Positions 26,240 to 38,945 of a stretch of 56,075 nucleotides of DNA are shown here, one piece after another. Both the position numbers and the translations under genes were made by a program. The notes beneath the pieces were generated by a model. That model had not been told where the DNA came from and searched no databases. It worked only from the letters and a program-made list of their open reading frames with translations. The stretch lies in NCBI RefSeq assembly GCF_001194135.2, contig NC_068982.1:130168212-130224286 (forward strand), read 5' to 3'. The DNA comes from Octopus bimaculoides (lineage: Eukaryota). How positions within the stretch are numbered: the stretch's first letter is position 1; each line of letters begins with the position of its first letter.

Positions 26240-27340
26240 GAATAATTCAACAGAGAGGGGTCCAAAGTCTATGAGACAGCTGCTCAATCTGGAGAAGGTA
26301 GTACCCTGCAGTTCATCAAAAGTTATTTGTCCATATGCTTGCGTTTGCTGAAAATTTCAGATCTGGAACTAAGTCGTGTGGTGGAGTTCTTGGTTCTAAA
26401 AAGAATGTGCGATCTTTCAGCATAAGTTGCATTTCTTAGATCTATTTACGTATGGCATCGATTTCTCTACGATTCTCCACTTCATTATATGTGGTGTAGT
26501 CTGTCTTCAAACGCCATATGTAGCTAACCAGCTTAGTAGCTTTACTTTGGTCGATGTGCCAGAAAGAAAACTGATGGTGTGCAACAGCGTCTTTATAATT
26601 GCCTTCACATAATCCGATGTAATTTTTCTTTTCAGTTACGTTACCTTGAAGCGTTGATTTGACTTCTGCCTCATACGTGCCTGGTCAAGTGGGCGAGCTT
26701 CAGAGTCTCGACAGTTACAACTGGGAGTGAAACTCTTAGCGAGGTTTATGAATGTTATTGTTCTTCATATGGAGGCATTAGATGTGTGACAGTTTTATCG
26801 AGCATCTATTAAAAATCTTGTATTTATAGTCTACTGGGAAATGTTTGCCTAAAAGAGCCAGGAATTTCATGCCTACGTTAGTTTTAACATTTAAGGAGAA
26901 GGGATAGGGGTCAAGCATATTATTTTCCTAAGCTTATTTTTAGGTTTCATATTTTTAATTGAAAGCTGTAATATATCTTATCTTTGAAGCCACCGTTAGG
27001 TAGGGCATTGTTGTAGTAAGGGGCTGCCTTGTCAAAATATTTATTTTGAAGAGGAGAGATTAGGTATCTTATTACTGATGTTAGTGATCAGGTCATTAGA
27101 CACAATAGATAGGGGCGACAGGACTGGTTAGTGTGAAATGCTGGGCTCAAGTTTTCCGAGGGAAAAGTGTTTCTTCCGAGGACATATAATCTGCTATCAT
27201 GTAACTGATTATCTCTTCGAACTTGCCGAAATCCAGTAATGCGTACCAAATTTAAGGATTCGTGTTAATCTGAAAAGCTTTTCGTAAAAAACTAACTAAA
27301 AATAATTTCAAGTGAATTTCAATCAACTTAATTTCATCTA
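26240..27340 (-). mobile_element. Penelope-like element 3' half: RT thumb/linker plus GIY-YIG endonuclease
   Basis: Frameshifted translation: FDKAAPYYNNAL..GFKDKIYY; [23 protein letters not shown]; SCNCRDSEARPL; YEAEVKST...EKKNYIGLCEG; ATKLVSYIWRLK; KWRIVEKSMPYVNRSKKCNLC. Confidence 0.88.
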
Positions 27341-28265
27341 GCTGTTTATATTCTATTGTTGCCTCGGAAAACAACCTTCCAAGAATATAGAATGTATAAA
27401 TTTTAAGTGTACTTAAAAGGGTACAGTTATTGGCTGTCTGTCACATTAAAAATGAAAAAGAAAACCATAGTTATCTCTCGTGACGATCTATAACTCGGAA
27501 GGTTTAAGAAAAAATATATATACTGAACATGAAGGCGCGTGATCCCGTGGGTAGGTTCAGATTAGCTCTCATCTGAAGCTTTGATTAAAAGCATTCTAGC
27601 CATATCCACCTCGTCTTTGTTAGATATCGTGAACTACATTACCCAATGCGTTCTTCCAAGATGTGAATTGAAAGAAATTCAGTTGTTTTTTTTTTTCTTG
27701 CAGGTAGCGTGAGTTTTCGAAGCTCTGTCAGTGATTCGCGTTGCAAACCACTGCAATGTGGTAAGATGATAAAATTAGCGAATAATAAATACCTAAGTGC
27801 TATCTTACATAGACTATTATTGGTTATACACTCGAGTATGCCTCCAAAATCTGGCAGTAAATGAAAGACTGTTTTTATCCGTTGGTATCTTTAACGAAAT
27901 AAAAGCCTGGTGAATGGGAGTTAGTGTACGTTGTGACAAGGAATATGGTATGATCAAATCGACAGACCAAATCAAAGAGTGTTATGTCAATGCTAATGAT
28001 AATAATAATTCTGTCTGCTATAAGGACAAGGCCTGAAGTTTTGGGAGAAGGGTATAGACGATTACATTGATCTCAGTGTGCAACTGGTACTTATTTTATC
28101 GCGCCCGAAATTTGAACTTAGGGCGTGAAGAGTCGAGATAAATGTTGATAACAATTCTGTCAGCTTGCCGTCTTGAATAAAAATAATAATTATCTTTTCT
28201 TTTTTTACATTAAAAAAAAAAAATTCACGCATTGTAGTCTGTGTGTGTATGTGTGTGCGCGCGTA

Positions 28266-28309
<44 letters not shown>

Positions 28310-29462
28310 NNNNNNNNNNNNNNNNNNNNNNNNNNNNNNNNNNNNNNNNNNNNNNNNNNNNNNNNNNNNNNNNNNNNNNNNNNNNNNNNNNNNNNNNNNN
28401 NNNNNNNNNNNNNNNNNNNNNNNNNNNNNNNNNNNNNNNNNNNNNNNNNNNNNAAGTGGTACAAGCTCACACATTTTCGATGAGAGGTACAGTCAATTAA
28501 ATTAATTCTAGTACTTGACTGCTACTTATTTCATTAGCACCGGCATCGTGTGAAGTCAACGTTGTGTATGGTAACTAAATACTCTAAGACATTTAATCCT
28601 GGCAAAGCTAGAAATTATCACCGAAACTTGACTGACTGCGTCTCTTTTTAACTATCACAAAGCTAACGATATGTTTTACTGTGATTGCATCATACATTTA
28701 TATATACCAGAATATGCTTGTGACCTGGTAAGTGAGATGATGACTAAATAGTGGACGAGATTGGAAGTGTTTGTCAATGAGTAAAAGCATATAAACCGTA
28801 CATCTCAATTACTCAGGACATTCTTACACTTCTGTTAAATATTACTGGGAGATACCGACTTTTAGGCTTCTTGAAGTAACAACTGGGTCCATGAGAAGAC
28901 CCCTATTGAATCAGAAGTGTGAAATTGAGCAATTATCTATTTACTTATTGACATCATAAATGTATACTTTCGAAAGCCTGCCTCATTTGAGCTTAGTTAA
29001 AACAAGAGCAGAATAGTGTAAATATCTTTGCAAGAGAAAATTCTATGAAAGCTGCTAACTATCGTGTATGTGACAAATAATACATTCGTACGCTCTAGTA
29101 AAGAAATAAAACTCTGTTGTCCCAGTAAAAGTAGCAGCTGGATGACTCAGAAACGTAGAAGAAGCCAAATTGGCTAAGGTAAAGGATCAGCATGAATTGT
29201 GAAAGAATGAAATGAAATGTGGGAGGAACTTGGAAAAGAAATTAAAAGAAAAAATGTTTTTAATCAAATTAGATTTACTAAAGGATGAGATTCAAATTTA
29301 GAGAATAATTGCCAAAAGCAAATATAAATAATCAACGTGGTCTGGGAAAACAGGAACATAAATGCTGAGGAGATTCAATTTTTGGTAAAGAAGGGGATAA
29401 AATATGAAGAGTGCGTACATATGTAGTTAGTATAATTAAAACAAGGATAAATCAACAGAATA

Positions 29463-29872
29463 GGCGCAGGAGTGGCTGTGTGGTAAATAGTTTGCTTACC
29501 AACCACATGGTTCCGGGTTCATTCCCACTGTGTGGCACCTTGGGCAAGTGTCTTCTACTATAGCCTCGGGCCGACCAAAGCCTTGTGAGAGGATTTGGTA
29601 GACGGAAACTGAAAGAAGCCCGTCGTATATATGTATATATATGTATGTATGTGTGTGTATATGTTTGTGTGTCTGTGTTTGTCCCCCCAGCATCGCTTGA
29701 CAACCAATGGTGGTGTGTTTATGTCCCCGTAACTTAGCGGTTCGGAAAGAGACCGATAGAATAAGTACTAGGCTTCCAAAGAATAAGTCTTGAGGTCGAT
29801 TTGCTCGACTAAAAGGTGGTGCTCCAGCATGGCTGCAGTCAAATGACTGAAACAAGTAAAAGAGTAACAGAG
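29463..29872 (+). mobile_element. Full-length tRNA-derived SINE family B (CORE-like centre, internal microsatellite)
   Basis: A and B boxes present; CCTTGGGCAAGTG resembles the CORE-SINE core; internal (TATG)/(TG) tract; tail GGTGGTGCTCCAGCATGGCTGCAG...AGAGTAA. Degraded relatives at about 12645 (+) and 51175-51370 (-). Confidence 0.88.
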
Positions 29873-30473
29873 TAGAATAATTTAAAGGTAAGTAAAGTAA
29901 CTTTGAGAATAGTATACCTCTCTGACAATCATATGTGAATAAAGTGTCTCCTGGCCAACCAATTGTTAATACTTTTATCGACTTCTGAGGAATAACAGGT
30001 AAAGTTTCAAAGTTTTACATTCTGAGCTTAGAATATGGAAAACCAGAATACCATACAATGCCCGACTCTAACGATTTTACAAATCATTTGTCATAATCGT
30101 TCTGTGAATAAGAATTTAACTTTACAAAATTAAGTTTGGGAAGAAAATTACTATGAAAATGTACAAATGGAGACAACAATAAATTTTATTTTCTTATATC
30201 AGATATTTATAATAAGATGGTGATCAAGTGGATGTAATTTCTTACATAATGTTGAATGATACTTCTTTTCCTACGACAAACGTTATTTGTGTTGCTTCTC
30301 TTATTGTCACCATGACTGTGAAACGTATGTATGTGGATCTTTCAGTTTCGATAGCATTTTATAAGTTTGCAACACACAACTAACTAATATAGCTATATCC
30401 ACTATTAAAGCTTGGCTTAACCGAAGCGATAATCACTTTGATTTTGTCTTGAATTGGTGTTTTGGTTTTATTT

Positions 30474-30505
30474 TCAGGTTGAAGATTCTACTTCTTGAGG
30501 TTCAC
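30474..30505 (-). CDS. EGFL7: EGFL7/8-like probable terminal coding exon
   Basis: Long polypyrimidine tract ending ttcttgcattgtctttcag; a phase-1 start completes TGT (Cys) and reads EPQEVESST then TGA. AATAAA occurs immediately after the stop and again at 30185-30190 on the minus strand. Best candidate found, but short, so less certain. Confidence 0.65.
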
Positions 30506-30877
30506 CTGAAAGACAATGCAAGAAGTATAAGAAAATGGTAAGACAAAAGAAGGAAAAAAAAAGAAAAAAGATTATAAAGTAATATTATATCTCGAAGAAA
30601 TATATATATATATATATATATANNNNNNNNNNNNNNNNNNNNNNNNNNNNNNNNNNNNNNNNNNNNNNNNNNNNNNNNNNNNNNNNNNNNNNNNNNNNNN
30701 NNNNNNNNNNNNNNNNNNNNNNNNNNNNNNNNNNNNNNNNNNNNNNNNNNNNNNNNNNNNNNNNNNNNNNNNNNNNNNNNNNNNNNNNNNNNNNNNNNNN
30801 NNNNNNNNNNNNNNNNNNNNNNNNNNNNNNNNNNNNNNNNNNNNNNNNNNNNNNNNNNNNNNNNNNNNNNNNNNNNN

Positions 30878-30934
<57 letters not shown>

Positions 30935-31109
30935 CATTATATAGTTTTGTTACAACAAACAGAATAGTTAGAATTCAGTACATTAGAAAATAAAATTTTC
31001 AATTTTAATCGGTAGAAAGTTACAAACGTGACACAAAGACCGAAAATTTCATGCATTACACTTATCAGACCGACTCATGTATGTGATGTGATATGTGTAT
31101 GTAGGATTA

Positions 31110-31510
31110 TTCTTTGAGTTTAGTTTAAGTTTTTCATGAGAGAGTTCAAGCCGGTTGCTAACAAAGCAACAAGACCTCTTGAGTTAAGAGAGTTCCCGGT
31201 GTTTGTGAATATGTGGTTGAGTTGATGTGTTGGTTGAACTGTCGATGCTTACACCCAAGTATGTGCAACTGTTCACATAAGTCTCACATGAAGAATTTCT
31301 GGAATGTCTTACAATTCTTCACTGTGCCGCTCATAGATTAGATGTGAAGAATCCGCGTCAGTTTTTTTGCTCTTTTCCTGTGAAATTAAGTGTTTCTAGG
31401 TTTTTGTGCAAATTTTGTGGTACGTAACCAAATGCACCTATGATGACAGATATAAATGAGAATTCATAGTCAGAGTACAAAAGCTGTAAGTTCCGCATTA
31501 ATTCGCCATA
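31110..31510 (-). mobile_element. R4/Dong-like (RLE) LINE 3' end
   Basis: DEIKKVYGELMRNLQLLYSDYEFSFISVIIGAFGYV...SGTVKNCKTFQKF; same family as 43200-43420. Confidence 0.75.
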
Positions 31511-33094
31511 AACTTTCTTTATTTCATCTTACTGAAGTCGATAAAATAGGTGCCAGTCAAGAAATAGGGTAGATGGTATCGACAAACTTCTCTTCAAAAT
31601 TTCTGGCCTTATGCTTAATTAGAAACAATTATTCGCAGACCTGACAGACAAAATCTTCTCACGGCATTTAGATGCGTCTTTTTACTTTCTGATTTCAAAT
31701 CCTACCAAGGCTAGTTTTGCTTTCTATTCTATCTCGAGTAAATTATATTTAAAAAAAAAACCTAGTCAGCTGGACTTGTTTTAACTATATGTATATTTTG
31801 CCTACTATACTTCATTCCCTTGCAAGACAACTCAATTTAAAGGAAAACTATTTGAAAATACACAATTTCTATTTGATCCTGCAATATTAATTTTTAATCG
31901 AATATTCCAGAAAGAATTACGATTCATTCTATATACGAAATGAGCCCTCACATTTGAAATGAGTTTGAGAAGTGTCATGCATGGAACTCTGCCCTTGAAT
32001 CTCTTTTGTAAATTTCTGCCAATTAAAAATAAAATACACGCGCTTGCGCGCGTATTTAAGAGAAATTTAATTATTGATGCTGATCGCTTGAACGACCTCG
32101 AAACCACACCGAAAGGACTGAGACAAATAAAAGTAAAGAAAATACGAACCTTTTAACACGTATCTTTCAACTCGTAAAACATAGGTTTCTGTCTTGTCAA
32201 AAGAAACTTAGTATATGTAGTTTTGTTTTAATTAAGACACATGGTCACAAATTTGTATGGGAGGATGATTAAGATTACTTGTGGTTCGTATCTTTTCAAG
32301 GGAATTGGAGCAGTAAATGACATGAATTATCTTTGATAGACAACTAAAATCTTGTCTGTGGACTTAGTTTGCTGAGAACTTTAAACCCGATTTTTTAAAA
32401 ATCCTTATCTTTTAGTCATGAAGGAAAGTAGCACAAGACACTTTACATGATTTCTGAAACTGGTGGGAAATAGGAAAGTATCCTCAAACCGGGGTCCCAT
32501 TGCTTGCAACAAAGTGGACTCAGTTAAGGGAACCGAAGGGTAATGGGTTGCCTACCATCCAAGTAGGCCATGGTACGATTTCAACCAGGACACAAAGAGA
32601 CAAAACAAATACTACAAGGTGCCAGGTCCGACATTCTTACAACTTCACCAACCCATTGTTCTTTTTTGTTGACTCTGAAAGGATGCAAGGCAAAGTTGAT
32701 CTCGGTGAGATTTAAATTCAGTGTGCAGAGAGTTAGAATAAACATCGCGAGACATTTTTAATGTAGAATACTTTTATTGGCACAAAGTATGGGTAATAAG
32801 TAACGAATTTCTGACACTAGCATAATTGCTGAGGCGTACTGAGAAGGATAAACGAAATGTTGTAAAATCAACGTTTTATTTCATTTAGAATTAACCAGAT
32901 CAAATATAGATACTGCAAAGTATTTACTCAAATGCCAATGTACAATTTGGCATTTGATTAAGTACTTTGCAGTATTTATATTTGCGAGTAATTCTGAATC
33001 ATACAGCGGCGTCAAATTAAACCTGTTTAGTCGAAGCTGGGTATAGTGGCTTATGTTGACTCTAATGAGAGACACGAATTTATCTTACGAAAAC

Positions 33095-33303
33095 TGAAGG
33101 GTTGGCAGAATCGTTATCGCACCGGGCAAAATCCTTAAAAGCATTTCTTCCGACTTTACGTTCTGAGTTCGAATACCACCGGGGCCAACTTTGCCTTTCA
33201 TCCTTTCGAGGTTGATAAAATAAGTACCAGTTGAGCACTGGAGTCGATATGATCGACTCACCAGCCCCGTAATTGCTGGCCTTGTGTCAAAATTTGAAAC
33301 CAA
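33095..33303 (+). mobile_element. SINE family A variant in the last intron
   Basis: GGCAGAATCGTT...CTGAGTTCGAAT...CTTTCATCCTTTCGAGGTTGATAAAATAAGTACCAG. Confidence 0.8.
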
Positions 33304-33558
33304 TATATAAGCAAGAACATAACTTAAGCACCTCTTTTTGCTCACGGCTCACAAAATTCGAAGCTCATGGAAGTATAAATGTTATCAGTAAGACATGCAG
33401 TTATAGAAGACAAAACACTAAAGAACTCAACGCAAAGGTAAAATACTATTTCAGATGTTCTAAGTACTTTCGTGTTTTGTTTTAACTGTAAAAGTAATTA
33501 CTATTTATAAGTTACGGTGATATTTCCGCAATATTCATCAATATAAAGTAAAACTTAC

Positions 33559-33778
33559 ACTCTTCTATTCTTTCTTCAAGTAAACCAATTTGTTGTCTCA
33601 TAGATCGGATCATTCGCTCCACCGACTTCAACGATTTATCGGTGATTTCAACTGGTTCCCAGTCGACAGGTATTTTCTCTTTTATCGTTTCTGCAGGTTT
33701 TTTCCTTTCTTGCTGTTTTTGTTTCATACATTGCTTTAAATTTTGGTAAAGTTCGGACACATTGTTATGTACTTCTAT
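33559..33778 (-). CDS. EGFL7: EGFL7/8-like exon: C-terminal coiled-coil region
   Basis: Acceptor catatattcccag and donor GAGT|gtaagt; 220 nt, phase 0 to 1. Reads IEVHNNVSELYQNLKQCMKQKQQERKKPAETIKEKIPVDWEPVEITDKSLKSVERMIRSMRQQIGLLEERIEE(C). The end resembles EGFL7 RIDSLSEQISFLEEQLGSC (recalled). Confidence 0.9.
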
Positions 33779-34757
33779 CTGGGAATATATGTTTAAAAAG
33801 TTATACATACAAATTTTGTCACACTTTTACCTTTGGGTCTCGGGGTAACGTACACACATTGCCAAATTTAGATTTTAGGCTTCCGGGGTACATACATATA
33901 TACGGTACAAACGAAAGTTACCCGGTACACACACACATACATACATACATACATACATACATAGCCAGTCGTAGACCTTGAAGTCTGGGGTTCTTTGGTT
34001 TTAGCAGGCTCTTCATACATAATAAGTAGGACTCTTGACAAATCACTAAGTTTACACATCAAAGTCCATTTATTGTATGTAATAGGAAATGACAAATTAT
34101 ATATACACATATAAAGGTTAAATGAAAAAGAAAAAACGCAAGTTCAATAGGGCCGATCTAAGATTATCCGATTATAGTAGCAATTATCAAGAAAGGATTC
34201 ACATGTGGGGAACCCTGTTATGAACAGATGAACTCAGCAACAAATACTAACGAAATAATCGTTAATCTTATTCTGTTGTCAACCCTTGCCTGCAACAATG
34301 AACTGTACCTAGACTTAGTACCAATTTTTAATGTGCGTTGAAGCAGTGAAAAAATTAAGTGCTTCTGGTACGAGCACAGAACAATTGAAACAGAGAGATA
34401 CGAACTCGTCAAACTTTTATGATGTATAGACATGACCATGTTCTACTCATGTAAGATACTGAGAGCACAAGGTTTTCATAATTACACTTTGAGTGGGAGG
34501 AGAAGGGATAAGGGTTGTAAAGAGGGGAGTTGTGTAGGGAGGGGATTTTGTGTATTTTTGTGTATTCGTTTGTGTGTGCGCACGTTTGAGTGTGCGTGTG
34601 TCAATTAAGAGTGGGTTGGTGGAGATAATGGAGTTGCTAATGGTTGACAATAAAGGGAGAGGGAGAGAGAAAGAAAGAGAGGAGAGAGAAAGAGAGAAGA
34701 GAAGAGAGAGAGAGAGAGAGAGAGAGTGAGAGAGAAAACTGACCCTTAGACACTGAC

Positions 34758-34846
34758 CTTTTCCCTTTCTAGTACTACAACACGTCCACTCAGCTGTTTG
34801 TAATCGTCTTGCATCTGTTTGTATTCGAGCGAACACGTAAGACATA
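34758..34846 (-). CDS. EGFL7: EGFL7/8-like exon: start of the C-terminal coiled coil
   Basis: Acceptor ttatcttgttttgtttcag and donor AAG|gtcagt; 89 nt, phase 1 to 0. Reads (L)CLTCSLEYKQMQDDYKQLSGRVVVLEREK, resembling the vertebrate EGFL7 segment MKEEVQRLQSRVDLLEE (recalled). Confidence 0.88.
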
Positions 34847-36349
34847 CTGAAACAAAACAAGATAAAAAGGTATTGAATGAAGCTGTGTAACAAGCGTCTT
34901 GTTGGTACGTTTTTAAATAGTTAACACATGCGTATAATGTAATACTTCCTGTTTGTAAACCACCCTCTCATGTGATTGTGGAGTTCTTTTCATTTTCCCT
35001 CTCCCACCTTCTTTTTCTTTCTTCCTTGTACTCCATATTTTAGTTCTTTATTATCATTTTTGAGGATATAGAGTAGAGTTTCTTGAATAGAACTGACCAC
35101 TAAAAGCTTTATTTTAGTTTTTGACTTTGTAGAAATATTTAGGCATTTAACTTAATCTTTCATTATGGAATTGGTAACATACGTACTCTTTATATACACT
35201 TACACGAACATATATATATGTGTGTGTGTGTGTATAAGTGTGTACATAAGTATTTATGCATACTCGTTGTAGTCAGTAATATATAGGAAATAAACAAAAC
35301 TGCATATTGTGTATATAAAACAAAACAATCCTAATCATGTATTAATATTTTATAAACCACTTCACAGATTTTATCCTACGAAGTTGGTAACATCCATGTT
35401 TGAACAGAAGAAAGTGTCGTCGTTTGAAACCTCGACTGTTGTGACTGTTGTGATCCGAAGACAGTCTAAGTCTTCACTAATATCCACTAATTCTATTAAT
35501 ATTAATTCCATTCTGATTCATAAAATTACAATCACCATCAGCCTACTATCCCTAAGTGACCATCTTTATTTAAATCTTCATGTAATATGTCTAGGATAAA
35601 CTTGTTTGTTACACTCATCTGTGTTCGAGATGTGCTCATTGGAGAATTTTAGGTTCTGAATTGCGAGCTAATGAAATTCTCTTCTGTTTCTAATTCTTAG
35701 AGCAGCGAACTCTACAATATCATGCAAATAGGGGGTGGGGGCCATATACGTAGCCGTTAGAAGTAATGATAGAATTTCCCTCCACTGAAATATTGCTGTC
35801 TGAAACAAGGACAGGCATAGTTGATGATGTAGTGCTAGATATATTATGTCTGAAATAAAAATAGGCAGAATGGTTACGATTGGAATGTCTCTAATCACTG
35901 GTCAGTTGGAACAGGTTGGCTGCTGGCTAAGCAGCGTATACAACAATCGCCGCCACCACCACCACCACCGCCACCGCTGCCGCCTGTTCACTAGGCTAAT
36001 TAATAATATAAACATCAGTAAGATAGCAAAAATAAACCAACACGTATTACACAAATTGCGAAGATACAAATTTAGATTCAGGCACGAAAACAACAACTAG
36101 GCCAAAATCAACAGTAAATGGTTAACATACAATGAAAAGTAAAATTTATAAATGTGTTTTGAAACGGAAGGGAAAATATCGTTCTTCTTTGAACGTCGAA
36201 TGTGTTTGAAGAAATGCATTTATACCAATTTATCGTACACTATTCCTTGAGTGTCGAGTTATTGTTCTTTTGAATGAGAATCACATGTGGTGCAAATGCA
36301 TAAGGGCACAGATGTAATTCAAAAGAATATAACATACTTTTTTTATATA

Positions 36350-36720
36350 TATAGAAAATTGTATATCATGGCAGTTGCTAAAAGATTACGATCTAGTGAT
36401 TTGTTTAAAGAATTCAATTAAAAATTTAACATTTCTCTCTAATAGTTTTTCTCCCAACAAATGATGTTGTTGAAGGCGTTGAAGGTTATGTCAAGTCGTA
36501 CTACCCGAATATATCTCATTGTTTAAAGTTGCATAAATTGACAAAGCAAAATATAGATGTGGATACAGGATAGCAGGATCCTTTTCCATTGTATCTTCGT
36601 ATGTTCAAGATTAAACCAATGAAAAAATTGGTAAGAATTAGCAATAACTTAGAACGGAGTGGCATAATGTTCTCGAAACGTCAATCCAAATTAATTGATG
36701 CGTTGTAGAAAGATAAGTCT
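36350..36720 (+). mobile_element. MULE (Mutator-like) transposase remnant
   Basis: YRKIVYHG, VFLPTNDVVEG and NNLE/EWHN across frameshifts. Confidence 0.55.
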
Positions 36721-37249
36721 ATGGTAGCAATATCCAACCAAAAATTAACAATATTGATAAGCGTCTTCACTCCTTTAATTACATGTTTATAGAGAATAGC
36801 CACTAGGTAGCATCTGTAGCGTATATAAAAAAATACGCTCAAGGTTAATATATTTAAGAAAATAATGATATTTAAGAATATAATAGTGTTATATTCTTAA
36901 AATTGTCAAAACTGCATCATGATAAGTTTACTTCATGGCTAGTGTCTCAATTTTATCCATAAGTTGTCTTGCCGTATGAAATTAAAATATATCTTGTAAG
37001 AATATAAGTGATTTTTTTCTATCTATAGAAGAAAAGGATTAGTTTTCACTTTCAGAATTAATCAGAGTGATTGCCTTTGCAAATTAAGTTTCTTCGGAGA
37101 AGTGGGTGTTGCCCACCACACGCATACTTAAAGCGCAAGTGACCAAGACGCAAAAAGGTAAAGAAGGAAAAAAACGGACGTAAAATATGAAATCTTGTTT
37201 GAGATTATGGTATAACAAAAATTTAAAATTCAATGAAAAAAAATTAGAT

Positions 37250-37620
37250 GATTCTACAAGTATGCATTAACTTTACTTCCAAAACTGAGGGCCCTGGATC
37301 AGAATGAAGATCACAAGGTATCTTTCAAATTAGTTGTTTATATCATGCGAGGTTTCATACATTGGTTACACAGGAGGAAAAATCAGCAGAGACAGCCACC
37401 TTTACCACTGAATTTCGGAATATTCATGAGCGAACTATGAACAACTTGCTCAGAACTAACCGTAATTTAGAAAGTTGGCATAATTTAATTACTTGTCAAC
37501 GCCTCTCTGCCTTGAATTAATTGATGTATCGAAGAAAGTGGAAGCAATGACCACAAAGAAGGTGCTAAGGCATTTGCATTCTGGATAATTGTGTTCCGAT
37601 CACATGCCTCTTGGTCACTG
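37250..37620 (+). mobile_element. Second MULE transposase remnant
   Basis: SYIG / QQRQPPLP / EFRNIHERTMNNLLRTNRNLESWHN / LIDVSKK, matching the MULE pattern YIG...P.FP...WN.H.R.....RTNN..E.WH. Confidence 0.7.
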
Positions 37621-37754
37621 GTGTGCAAGCCAACATGCACATTTGAGATGCAAATTACCTATGTATATTTGCATTTGGCCTACCAGCGTTTACACACACA
37701 CGCACACACGTGCGCGTGCACGCACGCACGCACACGCTCACAGATGATACTTAC

Positions 37755-37877
37755 GTGTACATGAAAATCCATCACTCATTAATTTAAAACCGTCGTTACA
37801 CGAACATTTGTAACTCCCATGAGTGTTTACGCAGTTATGCTGACATTTATGTTGTCCTGAAATACATTCGTTAACAT
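37755..37877 (-). CDS. EGFL7: EGFL7/8-like exon: calcium-binding EGF domain 2
   Basis: Acceptor ttttatttttcag and donor ACAC|gtaagt; 123 nt, phase 1 to 1. Reads (D)[40 protein letters not shown](L), the cbEGF consensus DVNEC...C..N..GSY.C.C. Absent from the ORF track. Confidence 0.95.
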
Positions 37878-38050
37878 CTGAAAAATAAAAAAACACGAAA
37901 ATACCTAAGTCATATGCTAACAGGTATTATTAAAATGTCCACTGGTATACTTATGTATTGTGATGGATAGGCAAAATCGTTCGAACGGCGTTCAAAATAC
38001 ATCGCAGTATTGCTTCCGGCTATTTATGTTCTAAGTTCAAATCAAGTTGT

Positions 38051-38128
<78 letters not shown>

Positions 38129-38815
38129 AGGACGTAAAATTCTTAGAAGCGGGTTACCAGGATATTGTGGTTTATTTCCTTCCTATGGACATTAATAGCG
38201 CAAGAGAAGTGCTTCTACTAGGAATCAATGCCCGTCTGTTTTCTGATTGGCTTCTTACTTTATACTGCGTGCCATTAATCCATTTATTGTCTAAAAATAT
38301 CAACGATTTCTTTAAAATAATCTGAAGGATAATCCAGATTCTTTCATCAAATAATTGTGTGATTGGCACCAATATAAATCTGTTAAGCATTTAACTATAT
38401 ATGCTATTTAACAGTTTCATGTCGATCTATTTTGAAGTCTGTATGCTAACAACATTAGAGAGAATCATTCTGGGGGACCTCAGTGTTGATTGGAAACCCT
38501 GACTTGTTTCCAGTCAGGAAATCCCTTGTAAGTAACAACCGGAATTTCGGCTGCTCGAGTGATAACTTCCTCACTGATCTGTCCAACCAAATTTATTCTT
38601 GAGCGTATAATAAGTGATCCGATCTGAGATCAAGGACAGACAAGAGTGAATGACAGAAGAAACAGACAGAGGAGACCTAGTGATACGTTCAATTAGGTGA
38701 AGTTCAACAAGAGATGTTTCTTTATCAACCAAACTTGCAGTACGAAGTCTGCAACATAAGCAACTGAAACTGTTGCTAACTTAAAAATCTCACTATAGCA
38801 GGGAACACCCATATT

Positions 38816-38945
<130 letters not shown>

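Noticed and set aside
28560-29440. Possible decayed coding sequence
   Set aside because: Purine-rich and stop-ridden, with no motif I could assign.
29463-29540. tRNA genes at SINE heads
   Set aside because: A/B boxes only, no cloverleaf; each continues into a SINE body.
33961-34050. Candidate exon LICQESYLL... or DLSRVLLIM... ending in (TATG)n donors
   Set aside because: Weak acceptor, and the 34758-34846 exon fits phase and homology better.
35560-35860. Minus-strand exon candidates (DIIYLALHHQ..., NTDECNKQ...)
   Set aside because: No compatible donor, in-frame stops, and not needed because the gene model closes in phase without them.
36500-36600. EGF-like-looking YNGKGSCYP on the minus strand
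   Set aside because: Wrong Cys spacing and no splice sites; it is the antisense of a MULE remnant.
34847-37754. miR-126-like intronic miRNA in the intron equivalent to the vertebrate EGFL7 host intron
   Set aside because: No match to the recalled miR-126 arms and no convincing hairpin seen by eye; the intron holds MULE debris. miR-126 is considered vertebrate-specific.
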